64,000 bases of DNA from assembly GCF_006345805.1 (NCBI RefSeq), contig NC_042997.1, positions 151,032,001 to 151,096,000 on the forward strand, written 5' to 3'. A program made the translations under genes and the position numbers. Position 1 is the stretch's first letter, and each line of letters opens with the position of its first letter. Below are positions 13,983 to 26,008 of this stretch, one piece after another. A model generated the notes under the pieces. The model searched no databases, was not told where the DNA came from, and worked only from the letters and a program-made list of their open reading frames with translations. This DNA comes from Octopus sinensis. Lineage: Eukaryota.

Positions 13983-14084
13983 AATTTATAGAAAAACAAA
14001 AGAGGAAGAAAGGTGTATAAACAACAAGCAAGTGTGATAGTTTGACGCTCGGGAAAATGAAGAAACCTTTTATGTTCCAAGCCT
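13983..14084 (-). mobile_element. PLE pseudo-LTR fragment (same family as 39985-40200)
   Basis: AGGTGTATAAACAACAAGCAAGTG...TTTGACGCTCGGGAA is shared with 40014-40058. Lies next to (TA)n and ends where the Tc1 relic begins. Confidence 0.55.
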
Positions 14085-14895
14085 GCGGGGTTGGACAAAA
14101 TAATGGAAACACTTAGCATCATACCATCATAATTTTCAAATATCTATAAAACCGTCACAAGCTTGTTTATTTTAATGCTTTTTGATTTATTATTAGTGTT
14201 GCTCAATGTTTTACTAAAATTGCTTCTTTTCAGATATCATCAGAAAAAAGTAGTTAAAATTCATTAAAATGATAGATCTATCGAAATTATAATTGATGTT
14301 CGTATAGCAGGCGCTAGCGTAACGAAAACAGCCGAAACTTTCAGATAGGGACCGTCGGACTCTTACGCGAATTGCTAGAACGGATCATAAAGTACAGCAC
14401 CCAAAATTACCGCATAGCTTAATGACCTCTTAGAGAACCCAGTTTCTACACAAACTATTCGCCGGGAGCTGCACAAAGCCGAATTTCGCAATGGGCTGCA
14501 AATTAAATAAACGCTATTTTCAATGCAAACGTTGAAAAGCGTTTAGGGTGGAGTAAAAACTTACAGAATTGATCCCTATAGCAGTGGAAGAATGTTATCT
14601 TATCGGACGGATCACACTTTACTGTATTTCCGACCACCGGCCGAGTATACCTGTGCAGATAGCCAAGGAATCATTTGACCCATACGACCTTCTTCCAACT
14701 GTTTAAACTTGGAGGATGATCTGTAATGATCTGTGGGGCTATATCTTGAAAATCTTCCGGCCCAATTTCCTTTATGGCAGAATTAATAGTCAACTAGTCA
14801 AAGACATTTTATCTGATCAAATTCATCCTATGGTTGTGGAAATGTATCCAGAGGGAAACGCAATCTTTCAGCATGATAATGCACTAATTCACATG
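14085..14895 (+). mobile_element. Tc1 transposon relic, 3' truncated
   Basis: TIR-like GGGGTTGGACAAAATAATGGAAACAC. Translated pieces AGASVTKTAE, WKNVILSDGS and GRINS...ILSDQIHPMVVEMYPEGNAIFQHDNALIH. Confidence 0.88.
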
Positions 14896-14956
14896 CCCTA
14901 GGTGTATGGAAGACACTTGGCGAGAAATGAAAGAAAATTTGAAGAAAGAAAAAAAA

Positions 14957-15105
14957 CAATAATAATAATATAATAATAATAATAATAATAATAGAAGAAG
15001 AAGAAGAAGAAGAAGAAGAAGAAAGAGAAGAAAAGAAGAAGAAGAAGAAGAAGAAGAAGAAGAAGAAGAAGAAGAAGAAGAAGAAGAAGAAAAGAAGAAG
15101 AAGAA
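14957..15105. repeat. (AAT)n(GAA)n compound microsatellite
   Basis: Direct reading. Confidence 0.95.
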
Positions 15106-15390
15106 ACTTAACATATTGTCAATACTGTCAATACTGTTGAAGGAATATGCACCAAGGAGAGTTAATAACTACGGTACCAATACAGACAGTGACCATACTG
15201 GCAAGGTCATATATAAAGATGAAGATAAAAACAAAAACAAATTTTCTTCACTCAAACCTCAAATTAATTATAAAACTTAGAACTTAGATAAAACTTAGAT
15301 ATGTTTCGACTAGAGATTGGTCCAGGCCATGTCTAACTTAATAGCACCACCTGATAGGATTATTCGAATCCTGTTTAAGTTAAGTTTTGT

Positions 15391-17150
15391 TCAAGTAGTG
15401 AGTTCTTGTTGGGTGAGTTGTATCCAGTTTTGTTCAAGTAGTGAGTTCTTGTTGGGTGAGTTGTATCCAATTATGGGTGGCTTGTCTGGTATTCTTTGAA
15501 GGAATCTATCCAGACTCTGTTTGAAGTTGATGGGATCCTTTTCCTCTTTGATCTCCCTCGGGACAATGTTAAATAGGGCAGGGCCTGTTGAGGAAAAGAA
15601 ATTATGTTGCAGTGTACATGTATGTTGTGATCTTGAATTTGGCAGGGGACGTATAGCCCATGGTCCAAGCCTCGGATGAACCTTGAAGCTAATGTTTAGG
15701 TCGTTTGGGCAAAGTTGGCGGTATATTTTCCACATCGTACAAATGATGTACCGCTCACGGCGACGCTGGAGGGAGTAAAGTTTCAAGGCTTTAAGGCGAT
15801 CCCAATAGTCGAGAGCAGCCATGCCTTCAATTTGTTTAGTGAGAGCCCTCTGGGGTGACTCAATTCTGGAGATGTTTTGTCTTGTGTGAGGAGACCACAG
15901 TTGGCAGCAGTATTCAAGGTGTGGCCGTACAAAGGATGAAAAAAGTGGTATGATGACACCTTGTTCTCTGGACCGGAAAGTTCTTAAGATCCAGGAACTC
16001 ATCCTACGAGCTGTATCGACCTTCTTGTTGATGTGTGTACTCCAACTGAGATCGTCATCAACAATTACACCCAGGTCTCTGATATTGTTAGAGGCTGTGA
16101 GCGGTTCCCCTGAAGGAAGAGAGTATGGTTGTTTTAGTGAGGAATTTCTTCCAAAATGCATCAGCTCAAATTTTCCCTCATTCAGTTGCATTTTGTTTCT
16201 GTCTGCCCATTGACTCACAGCATATAGGTCAGACTGGAGTTGAGTTCGGTCTGCTTCTTCATTGACGATTTGCTGGAGCTTAGTGTCATCAGCGAATATT
16301 TTCACTTTGCAGTGATGTACGACACTGGAAAGGTCGTTTACATAAATTATGAAGAGTAGCGGACCCAAAACAGTTCCCTGGGAAACACCGCTGGTGACTT
16401 TTGCTGGGTTTGAGTGGACTCCATCAAGTACAACATGTTGTGTTCTATCGCTAGGAAATACTGAATCCAGTGTAGAACTTTTCCACGGATTCCAACATTT
16501 GCCAATTTTGAGAGTAGGATGTTATGGTCTACCCTGTCGAACGCTTTACTGAAGTCAAGGTATATGACGTCAGAGTTCGAACCTGTTCCCAAGGCTTTGA
16601 GTACATCTTCAATGTGGTGTAAGAGCTGTGTTAGACAGTCCCTGCCACAGCGAAAGCCATGCTGATTTGAATTTAGGAGTTTGTGGGTCTCCAGGAAGTC
16701 AGCTATCCTTGATCTTAACACTCTTTCAAACACTTTAATGATGTGGGAGGTAAGTGAGATTGGGCGATAGTTGACTGCGAGGGATCTGTTTCCCTGTTTG
16801 AAAACCGGGATGACCGACTGGGATAGAAACTTTTTCGGTATATAACCTGCGTCTAACGAGTTTCTCCAGAGGTTGGTCAGAGGGACTGCAAGTTGATATC
16901 TACATTCCTTCAGGAGACTGGCGGGAAATCTATCAGGGCCTACAGCAGAGTAATGTTTGACCTCATTTATTGCTGCTACGATGTCGGTGGCAGTGAAGGT
17001 TATGTCTGCGATTTTGTGTTGGGAGTCAGCTTCGTTCGTTTCCCTCACATCAATATCAGTGGGAACACTGAAGACAGAGCAATATTGTTTCTGCAGTATT
17101 TCTGCCATTTCTTTAGCATCGTGTTGGGGAATGCCGTTTTCATCAATCAA
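15391..17150 (-). pseudogene. LINE ORF2 reverse transcriptase and C-terminal domain (frameshift near 16450)
   Basis: NYRPISLTSHIIKVFER, QHGFR, YLDFSKAFDRVDH, GVSQGTVLGP, FADDTKL, RDLGV, RPHLEYC, LYSLQRRRERY. Confidence 0.95.
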
Positions 17151-17355
17151 TGGCCCAATAGGTGAGACAGTGGTTCTATGCTTATTTGCATAAGACTAGA
17201 ACACTTTTGGGTTCTGTTTGATGTTTTTGATTACCCATTGTTCCTCCACAGCTCTTTGATTTTCAATGGAGGTTTTCATGTAGTCTGCAGATGAAGTTTT
17301 TCCAGCTCTAGTCTTTTCATTGTTGTTGAATGTGGGTGTTGCGTGTGGGAATATT

Positions 17356-18393
17356 TTAATTGGTTGATTTTTTTGTTGAGTCTTTTGATGCCTGATGGTG
17401 TTTTTTCTTTTTAGGGAGCCGGTTTCTGTTTGTGTTAGTAGATTTCTTGGGAGCGTGTTTAGAGCATGTGTCGGTGACAATGGTTTCAAAGTGCTGCCAC
17501 GCGGTCTCAATATGAGGGGAATTGAGAGTAAAAGACCAGTCGATGGAAGACAGATCCTTTCTGATTGTTCCCCAGTCCGCTTTGTGGAAATTTATGTTGT
17601 CAAATGGGTGCCATGGAGTGGGATTGGCTGGTTTGGTTTTTATACGTCGGGAATTAAGATTGCAGAGTACCATGTCGTGGTCTGAGAGGAGAGTTTTTTC
17701 GACTGAAATGCTGTGAACGTAGCTAGAGAGATTGGTCAGTACCAGATCCAAGATCGTTTTATTCTGTCTCGTTGGTTCAAGCACTAGCTGAGTCAGGAAA
17801 TACTCATCCATCAGATTAAAGAGCAGTTCTGCTGCTGCCCTATCTGATGTAGAGCACTTGCCTAACTTCGGAGTATTTGTGGGCCAGTTCACATGAGGGA
17901 GGTTAAAGTCACCCATCACTATTATGTTTCCGGAGTGGTACTTCCGTAGGAAGGACTTGACTTTGCTAAGGCACTCTTCAAAGTACTTTAGAGGTGCCTG
18001 GGGAGGCCTGTAAAGACCAACAATGGTTATGTCCTTGGCTTTGTTGTATACTGATACCGATTCACAGTAGCCATTGGGAAATGTGTCCTTGGCATCAAGT
18101 GAAAAGGAGTCATGGATAAAGATGGCTGTCCCTCCCTTATTTCGGTCTGTGCGATCCGCACGAACAATGGTGAAATCTTTTATTTTCACCTCTGCGTCCA
18201 TATGGGTGTTGTTCAGGTGAGTCTCGGTAAGGATAAAGAAAGGGAAGCAATGTGCCATTTCGGCAAGCCAACTCTCTATATATGGGATCTTCCATTTTTG
18301 GGCAATAATTGATGGGTTGATGCCACGTACATTTAATAGGAATGTCGAGGTAAGGGAAGTTGGTAATGGGTGAGTGGTCCTTGTGATTTGCAT
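17356..18393 (-). CDS. LINE ORF2 apurinic-like endonuclease domain (frameshifted from the RT)
   Basis: LNVRGI, LTETHL, RADR...GGTAIFI, GLYRPP, MGDFNLPHVNW, EPTR...ILDLVLTN, SDHDMV. Confidence 0.95.
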   Translation of the reverse strand: MQITRTTHPLPTSLTSTFLLNVRGINPSIIAQKWKIPYIESWLAEMAHCFPFFILTETHLNNTHMDAEVKIKDFTIVRADRTDRNKGGTAIFIHDSFSLDAKDTFPNGYCESVSVYNKAKDITIVGLYRPPQAPLKYFEECLSKVKSFLRKYHSGNIIVMGDFNLPHVNWPTNTPKLGKCSTSDRAAAELLFNLMDEYFLTQLVLEPTRQNKTILDLVLTNLSSYVHSISVEKTLLSDHDMVLCNLNSRRIKTKPANPTPWHPFDNINFHKADWGTIRKDLSSIDWSFTLNSPHIETAWQHFETIVTDTCSKHAPKKSTNTNRNRLPKKKKHHQASKDSTKKSTN

Positions 18394-19561
18394 AGATGGT
18401 TGGTGATGGCTCGCTGGATCTCCTGGCTTAGGTCGGCCTTCATATTTTCCAGGTATGTCAGTAAAAAAGAGTTACTTGTTTGGTTTGCCACTTGGTCAGA
18501 GGATACATATTTCAAGTTGGCGTTATTTGATGTTTTTTCCTGGTTCTGTCTACGTAGTTTGATTGTAGGAGGGGAAACGTGGTTGTATTTTGTTCTTGTT
18601 GTTGTCCTAGATTTCCTATGTTCCTGTTCATATCTATTCTGTGATCGTTTTGTGCCCTTCAGATGGTGGTTGTTGCATTCTGGGTTCAGGCACATCCTTT
18701 GTGAGACAGAAGTTTGGCACAGTTTAGGATGGAATAAGGTGCATCCATTGCCTCTTATGCATCCGTATTTAGGGTCAGAACCATAGATTCTGTATTAGGA
18801 CAGTATTTGGGGTGGAGGTGGGGGCAATTTTTTCCTGTTATACCGTATGGACAGGTGCCCATAGCAAGTCTACGACATAAGGTCGGGTGGGGAAAAGCAC
18901 AGCGTCCATTTTTGTTTGTGCCGCTGGGGCCAAATCTACAAGTGCCTTTAGAATAGTAACGGCAGAGGGTTTTATTTGGTTGTAGTAGTGGTTTTTCTAT
19001 TTTGGCAGTAGTAGTATTGGTGGTGGTGGTGGTGTTAGAAGCAGCTTGTTGATTTTGTGATGGTGGGTTCTGGCTTGCCAGTATGTGGTCAAATCTGCAG
19101 CTGCCTTGAGAGTAGTAGTGGCAGATAGTTTTACGCGGATGTAGTAGTGATTTTCCTATTGTGGCAGTAGTGGGGAGTTGTAGCAGCATTGGAACTTGAC
19201 TAGTGGTAGTATTAGAGTGTTGTTGTTGTTGTTGTTGTTGTTGTTTTTGTTGCTGTAGCGAAGGTGAGACTTGACTTGGTTCATCAGGTGCTGTTGTCAA
19301 TGGAAGTAGGTCAGTTGATTGTTGCTGTTGAAGTGACCACTGACCTGTTGGAATTTGGTCATTTGTTGTACTGGATTCGTTGGCAAGAATGGCTTTTAGT
19401 GTAGCCATGTGCGCGTGAAAAATAGGGAATATCCTAACAATTTCTTTTAATTTATTTTCTATCTGTTTTACAGATCTGTGAAAGGATTTTTTCGTTAAAT
19501 CCTCAGTTATTTTGCTATAAACATTAGCTTCGTTGTGATGGATGAACCAAGCGTTAATCAT
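18333..19561 (-). CDS. LINE ORF1: polyQ/T linker and tandem CCCH zinc fingers (frameshift near 18780)
   Basis: CHYYSQGSCRFDH, CRYYSKGTCRFG...CAFPH, CRRLAMGTCPYG...CPHLH, then CIRGNGCTLFH and CQTSVSQRMCLNPECNNHH, followed by a basic region and a short coiled-coil-like end. Confidence 0.8.
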
Positions 19562-19659
19562 TGCAGTAATTTCATTTTAGTGATAAGAATTATAGCGTAT
19601 ATAAAGGTAAAAACGGGAATAAACTCGACGTAACATGGTTTAGCCCGCCCTTTAATTAC

Positions 19660-22180
19660 GTAACATATACTAATGAAAGTAGTAAGTTATTTAGTATACT
19701 AAAGTGCAATCTACCTCCTCATACAAGTATTACCGTTTATTCTCCCGTAGAAACGCTTGGGTCTCCTACACAACACTCCCTAATCTAGGTACAATTATAG
19801 TTTGCCTGAATAAGTAACATATCCATGGCCAGGCGTAGTAGTAATACCCCTAACAGCATCGCTCCTAATAAAAATAACAGGAAGAAAAAATATTCATATT
19901 AATATTCCTCCTATCACTACTATCTCATATGACATTAATACTGTACACAACAATACCAGCAGGAAGCCTGTCCTGTCAATTAATAGATATAATATTGACA
20001 TCTGTCATCCTCTTACTAAAAGGAATAGCAGCAGTAGCAGCTCTGCCATAACTATCAACAGGGAGAGCGGTACGGTTTACACTAGCTGAAACTCACACCA
20101 TACTGCTCCCTACTACAATAAGACTGTCTCCACAAGTTGTAATGATAGCCCACCGACTCCCATTCAAGTTGTCGATATGATAAACGCACAGAACACTAAC
20201 AGCTATGCTGGAAATCTTTCCATTATACCACCCGCTCTCGACTGTCTAGTGTCTCTCTCTGAAAGCCAAATCTCTTACGGCAATGTCCAGTACCAAAAGT
20301 CTCCGACCTCGGACTCGGCAGCTAACCTACTATATAAAATCTGTTCTGTCTGTCTGTGTGTATGTCTTCTAGGATCTCGGGCATCCTCCATCTGATTGCG
20401 CTCAAATTTGATATGTAGATACCGACGGTATCACGACGTGTATAAGACTTGAAAATATTACAAAAATCGATTCCAGGTGAGAATGCGATCGATAAAGCCG
20501 TGGGAACGGGCATTTGTAAAATCGTTTTTCTTGGAATAGGAAAAAAAGTCTATCTTTATTTCTTCTATTGCTGCTGCCTGAAATTTAGGTTAAATCAGTG
20601 TTTCTCAAAGGGGAGGCCTATCGGACCGTCAGACAAGTTGTTTTGAGAAAATTTGGTTTAAATCTTTGACAACTCAGCACCGTCCATTGGACGGGGGGGG
20701 GGGGGGGGTGAGCGTTTTGCTCGTTATAATTATAATAGTAATATAAACCCCAGCAAGAACCATGCGAACACCAATAACTCTCGCGAGCTTGAACTATTAT
20801 GCTAAAATAAAGTTGGATCGCGTACCCGTGATAATAAATTTGAAGTATTAGAAAATATTGGGTCCAATTGTTTAAACAAAATATGTCACGTTGTAACAGA
20901 CACCAATACTTATACTTATATCGGTTGCTCCATAAATCTCAAAGAGACGCTTACTTAACTTATATCACACCTTTAAATTAAGAGATAAGTCTGGTAGGGC
21001 GTTTCTAGCTACGAAAATTTGGGAGCTCAAGGACGGCAATGTTAAATTAGATCAGCGTTAGGACATCATTAGGGTCACTAAACTGCCCTTAAACAACAGA
21101 TGTCGGTGCAGACTTTGCTGCATTGGGGTGTTTGAAATTTTAAAGAGATGAAATATTGAAAATCTACTAAATAATAAACTAGACCTTCGTCTTTCCTGTA
21201 TTCATACGGCTACACGCACGTTTAAGTATTTTAAGGACTTTAAACAACCTCTATAATGGCTGCGAAACTAGGGCTAATCTAATTTACTATTTCTATTTCT
21301 GACCCAATAGTCGATCGATCTTCCTCTTAGTTGCTGAGTCCTTCTAGTCTTGTTTTCTTTTACTATTACTTTCTAACTTCTCTTACTATACTTGCATGGT
21401 ATGCTATATTGAAGAAACTAACCTTGCTATCTGAAGGATACTCGGTATTATGCAATAGCAATAGCAGAGATATCTAACCTAGAAGCAGCAGCCTGCTCAC
21501 CTATTGTGTGGAGTCTCTTTATCCGATCCACACAAAGGTGGTCATATTATCTAATTAAATAATACCAACGCCACCTGAATAATATTTCACATTGTTAATC
21601 ATTAGACTACTCCCTACTGTTGGCTTTCTTTGATATCTAGTCTCGTATTTCCTCTCACTCCGTACCAGGTGTAGTTTATTGTATAACCCCACCTTCTTTA
21701 AACTTCATAATGATAAGCAGTACTCTACTTTTACTAACACTATTATTCTATAAAAGTTAGGAGTTATTATTCGGTTGACTTCGTACCCTTCCTCAACATT
21801 CAAAGAATATCCACATAATACCCCGCTAAATTCTGTGTATCACTACCCCACTCACTTTGTCCTCTAGCATTAACTACCGAATCCTTAACACCGACCCTAT
21901 GACTGATTGGCTTGTATGATTTGATTTTACTTTATCTTTACTTCTGCCTTTTTTATCCTTTCTTTCATTTTCCTTATTAGGACCGGTCCTTACTTCACAG
22001 TGCTCTAACCCTACTACAATAAAATATCACCTGCGCCCCACTCCAGTTTATTTAAGAAGTAGTCTATCAGATTCTTACCTCACACTGATCGCTGAACTTA
22101 TATTGTAAACTTTCAAGAACTATGTTCTTAACCTCAACGGCCAGCTTTGTTGGCCATTCCCCAATTTCATATTTGGCCTC
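19660..22180 (-). pseudogene. possible highly decayed LINE (APE and RT traces), interrupted by a Helitron-like insert
   Basis: Minus-strand traces VNARGQSEWGSDTQNLAG (cf. DFNA..WGS..N..G) near 21850, RFGFQRE (cf. QFGFR) near 20260 and LPAGIVVYS near 19950, in the expected order. Similarity is weak. Confidence 0.3.
20326..20735 (+). mobile_element. non-autonomous Helitron/Helentron-like element
   Basis: Begins CTACTATATAAAAT, then (CTGT)n and GCTCAAATTTGATATG. Small GAGC-GTTTT-GCTC hairpin near 20710. Confidence 0.5.
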
Positions 22181-22219
22181 AACCCTGCTGTACACTTGGA
22201 ATATTATTTTGTTTGTAAA

Positions 22220-22365
22220 GATCTGACTTCATATTCTGCCGAGGTCGACTTCGCCTTTCAGCTTTTCGGGGTCGATAAACTAAGTACCAGTTACGTACTG
22301 AGTTGATCTAATCGACTGGCCCCATCCTCAAAATTTCGGGCCTTGTGCCTAAAGTAGAAAATATA
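22220..22365 (+). mobile_element. family A SINE, 5' truncated
   Basis: GAGGTCGACTTCGCCTTTCAGCTTTTCGGGGTCGATAAACTAAGTACCAGT...GGGCCTTGTGCCT. Confidence 0.85.
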
Positions 22366-22687
22366 CTTTTCTTTGTTAAATTACTTCTCATTTTTTGTAA
22401 TAGCGTAATGTTCTCAGTCTTCTATTAAAAATGATACACAAGCTGTAGCTGTAATGAGCTGACAATTAACTATCATATGTTATTGCACATTTGATTATAA
22501 TACACCAAAGGAATCTACGACTTGTTGGACACACTAGAGTATACCAACAACGTACTATTCAATGAAATAATCATAGGGTTGGTTTTCTCTGTATATAAAA
22601 AAAAATCGCAGTATCCTAATTGACTCTTGCCAAACAGGTCGGAATCAGAGGTTTATCCAAGACTAGCTGATGAATATCTTTTGAAGT

Positions 22688-22833
22688 ATGGTAAGTAGCT
22701 TCCTTACCAACCAGGTGGTTGCGAATTCAGTTCCACTCTGTGGCACCTTGGGCAAGCGTCTTATACTATAGCCTCAGGCCGAATATAACCTTGTGAGTGG
22801 ATTTGGTAGACGGAAACTGAGAGTAGCTGGTCG

Positions 22834-22906
<73 letters not shown>

Positions 22907-23140
22907 GTATATATATATGTATACGTAAGTACATATATATGGGGGGGGGTATGTATTTGTCTGTCGACCATCACTTGACAGCCGATGTTGGGTGTTTACG
23001 TCCCTGTGAGTTAGCGCTTCGGCAGAATACACCGATAGAATAAGTACTAGGCTTACAAAGAATAAATTCTGGTGTCTATTTGTTCGATAAATGCGGTGCT
23101 CCGTCAGGGCCACAGTCAGATGACTGAAACAAATAAAAGA
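22688..23140 (+). mobile_element. tRNA-derived SINE, family B, with internal (TA)n expansion
   Basis: TGGTAAGTAGCTT head, GGCACCTTGGGCAAG core-like segment, GTGGATTTGGTAGACGGAAACTGA, and 3' TGACTGAAACAAATAAAAGA. Confidence 0.85.
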
Positions 23141-23736
23141 CATATATATGTGTCTGTATGTGTGTATATATGTATGAGCGCAAGTGTGTGTATGGCTGTA
23201 TATAAGCAGGTACATATATTTGATATATCTATCTATATCTATCTGTATATGTGTGTGAGTGTATGAGTGAGTGTGTATGTATGTGATTGTTTGTGCGTGT
23301 GTGTATGCCTGTGTGTATTTTCTGTTAGTATGCTACCATACATCTACATGAACAACCATTCATATGAAGCTGCCTTACATAAGATAAATCCATGGTGTTA
23401 CAAGAGGAATCTTCTTTCGAATTTGTTATTTTAAAAAAAGTATCATACATAGAAATATACAAATCATTGCTAAGACAAAATAAGCTATTCATTCAAAAAG
23501 CAGAAATTACAATATACTTGAAGTTTCAAAGGCTATACTGAAACAGGTGGGATATTTAGATGCCACGATGGAATATTAACGAACGAGAACATGAAAGGAA
23601 TATATATTTATCGTGAACAAACAACCTTTATTGGAAATATATCAATCTGTCTACATCTAGCAATTTATTCTTTTCTTTCTCATCACACTACATATATACT
23701 TATGAATACATACATATGCATAACGTATGAGAAACT

Positions 23737-23805
<69 letters not shown>

Positions 23806-24015
23806 CATATATATATATATATAGACATATTTATATATATAAAGCGTGTGTGTGTGAATGTATGAATCTGTGTATATAATTTATTGCCTAAATATACATG
23901 TATCCGCATATGGATATATCTATAGTATATCTATATATATATATATACCTACATGTATGTATATGTATATATACATACATACTTGCTACACACACAAGCA
24001 CATATATGTATATAT

Positions 24016-24081
<66 letters not shown>

Positions 24082-24227
24082 ATAATATAATATATATATA
24101 TACATATATAAATGTATCTATGTATACATGTATTCATACATCTATATATATATATATTTATATTTATATCTATCTATCTGTCGATTTATCTATATTTTTA
24201 TATATCTATCTCTCTCTCTTTCTCTGC

Positions 24228-24293
<66 letters not shown>

Positions 24294-24357
24294 TGTGAGT
24301 GTTTAAAATGCATATACACACATAAACCTTCAATCTTTTTCTCTACACAAACGTTAC

Positions 24358-24633
24358 GATAAAATGAATCAATCGTTAAGGACTGCAAATAGATATTTGT
24401 TGAAGGGAGTGCATTGACGTATGCAGAAGTCATCTATAATTCCGTTACATGAATAGCATTGAGAGGCTTTTCAACTGGGAAGTGTTTAAAGTACTTGGCA
24501 ATTTTTGAATAATTCTGATGAAAGAACCTCATTTGGAAACGATCTATTTTAAATGAACTGAAGCAGATCTCCATTGAATATATCTGTCCTACGTATACTA
24601 TTGGCATTATAGATTTATCTTCGATAGCCATAC
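24358..24633 (-). other. candidate 276-nt phase 1-1 exon with one in-frame TAG (24434-24436)
   Basis: tttacatAG acceptor, GTAACG donor. ORFs 24434-24631 and 24206-24433 are in the same frame. Non-repetitive island between microsatellites. Confidence 0.25.
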
Positions 24634-24870
24634 CTATGTAAATATCAATTATTATACATTTGCAGGTTCATTTTAAGGATCATTGAATTATATACACAGA
24701 TGCATACATACACACGCACGTTAATGTATGTATATATATATGTGTGTGTGTGTGTGCGTGTGTGTACATATATATGTATGTATACAGACACACACACACA
24801 AATATATATATATACTTACATATATGTGTGTGCGGCTATCTGTATAATTATTCTTATAAGAGTATATGCC

Positions 24871-24905
<35 letters not shown>

Positions 24906-24935
24906 GTACGTATGTATGAATATGTATATTTATAT

Positions 24936-25025
<90 letters not shown>

Positions 25026-25444
25026 CATATTAATAAAGGTGTATGTTTCCCATGTAGTTTTATTTGCTTTCTCAATCATGTACGCATTCAACATTAGATT
25101 TCTGCAAGCAATTCTTGATTCAAAACATTGAAACCTGAAAAATTTCAAAGCAGGTGTATTTGTTTGCATGTTTCTCTATTTCTTTCGTTTTCTTTAATTC
25201 TCTCCTGTGTTTACGTAACATATTCTCCCTTATTCAGATATATGAAAAGCATGTGCGGATTACGTTACATTACTTGATGAATTCTGGAGATTAATATATT
25301 TATTACTCAAACGCTTAAATAAATATATGACACTTATCTAGTTTCTATTAATCAGTAGAAAAGAGAAAACGGGTCTAAATCTCTCACATTTTACTAATAT
25401 GTATTTATGTATGCATATATACTTACATATATATATATATATAT

Positions 25445-25830
25445 TCTCTTTACTCTTTACTCTTTTACTTGTTTCAGTCATTTGTCTGCGGCCAGGCAAA
25501 TCAACCCCAAGATTTTTCTTTGGAAGCCTAATACTTATTCTATCGGTCTCTTTTGCCGAACCCCCAAGTTACGGGGACGTAAACACAACACTGTCGGTTT
25601 TCAAGCGATTTTGAGGGGCCAAACACAGACACACAATCATATACACACATACATATATACATACACATATATACGACGGGCTTCTTTCAGTTTCCGTCTA
25701 CCAAATCCTCTCACAAGGCTTTGGTCGGCCCGAGGCTATAGTAGAAGACAAGGTGTCAAGCAGTGGGAATGAACCCGGAAACATGTGGTTCGTAAGCAAG
25801 CTACTTACCACACAGATACTCCTGCGCCTA
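25445..25830 (-). mobile_element. family B SINE
   Basis: Reverse-complement match to 22688-23140. Head AGGCGCAGGAGT...GTGGTAAGTAGCTTGCTTAC...GGTTCATTCCC. Confidence 0.85.
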
Positions 25831-25871
25831 TATTTATGTATAAATGAATGTATATATATACATATATATAC

Positions 25872-25984
<113 letters not shown>

Positions 25985-26008
25985 GTGTATATATCATAAA
26001 TGTATACA

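Larger units (their letters stand above)
15271..19651 (-). mobile_element. near full-length CR1/L2-group non-LTR retrotransposon (LINE)
   Basis: ORF1 plus APE-RT ORF2, a 3' stem-loop and short TCTAAGT(TTTA) tail repeats at 15271-15300. Possible TSD TTAATTA at 15264-15270 and 19652-19658. Confidence 0.9.

Noticed and set aside
24505-24552. CTGATGA...GAAACGATC hammerhead-like core on the plus strand
   Set aside because: Neither stem I nor stem II can pair; treated as a chance match.
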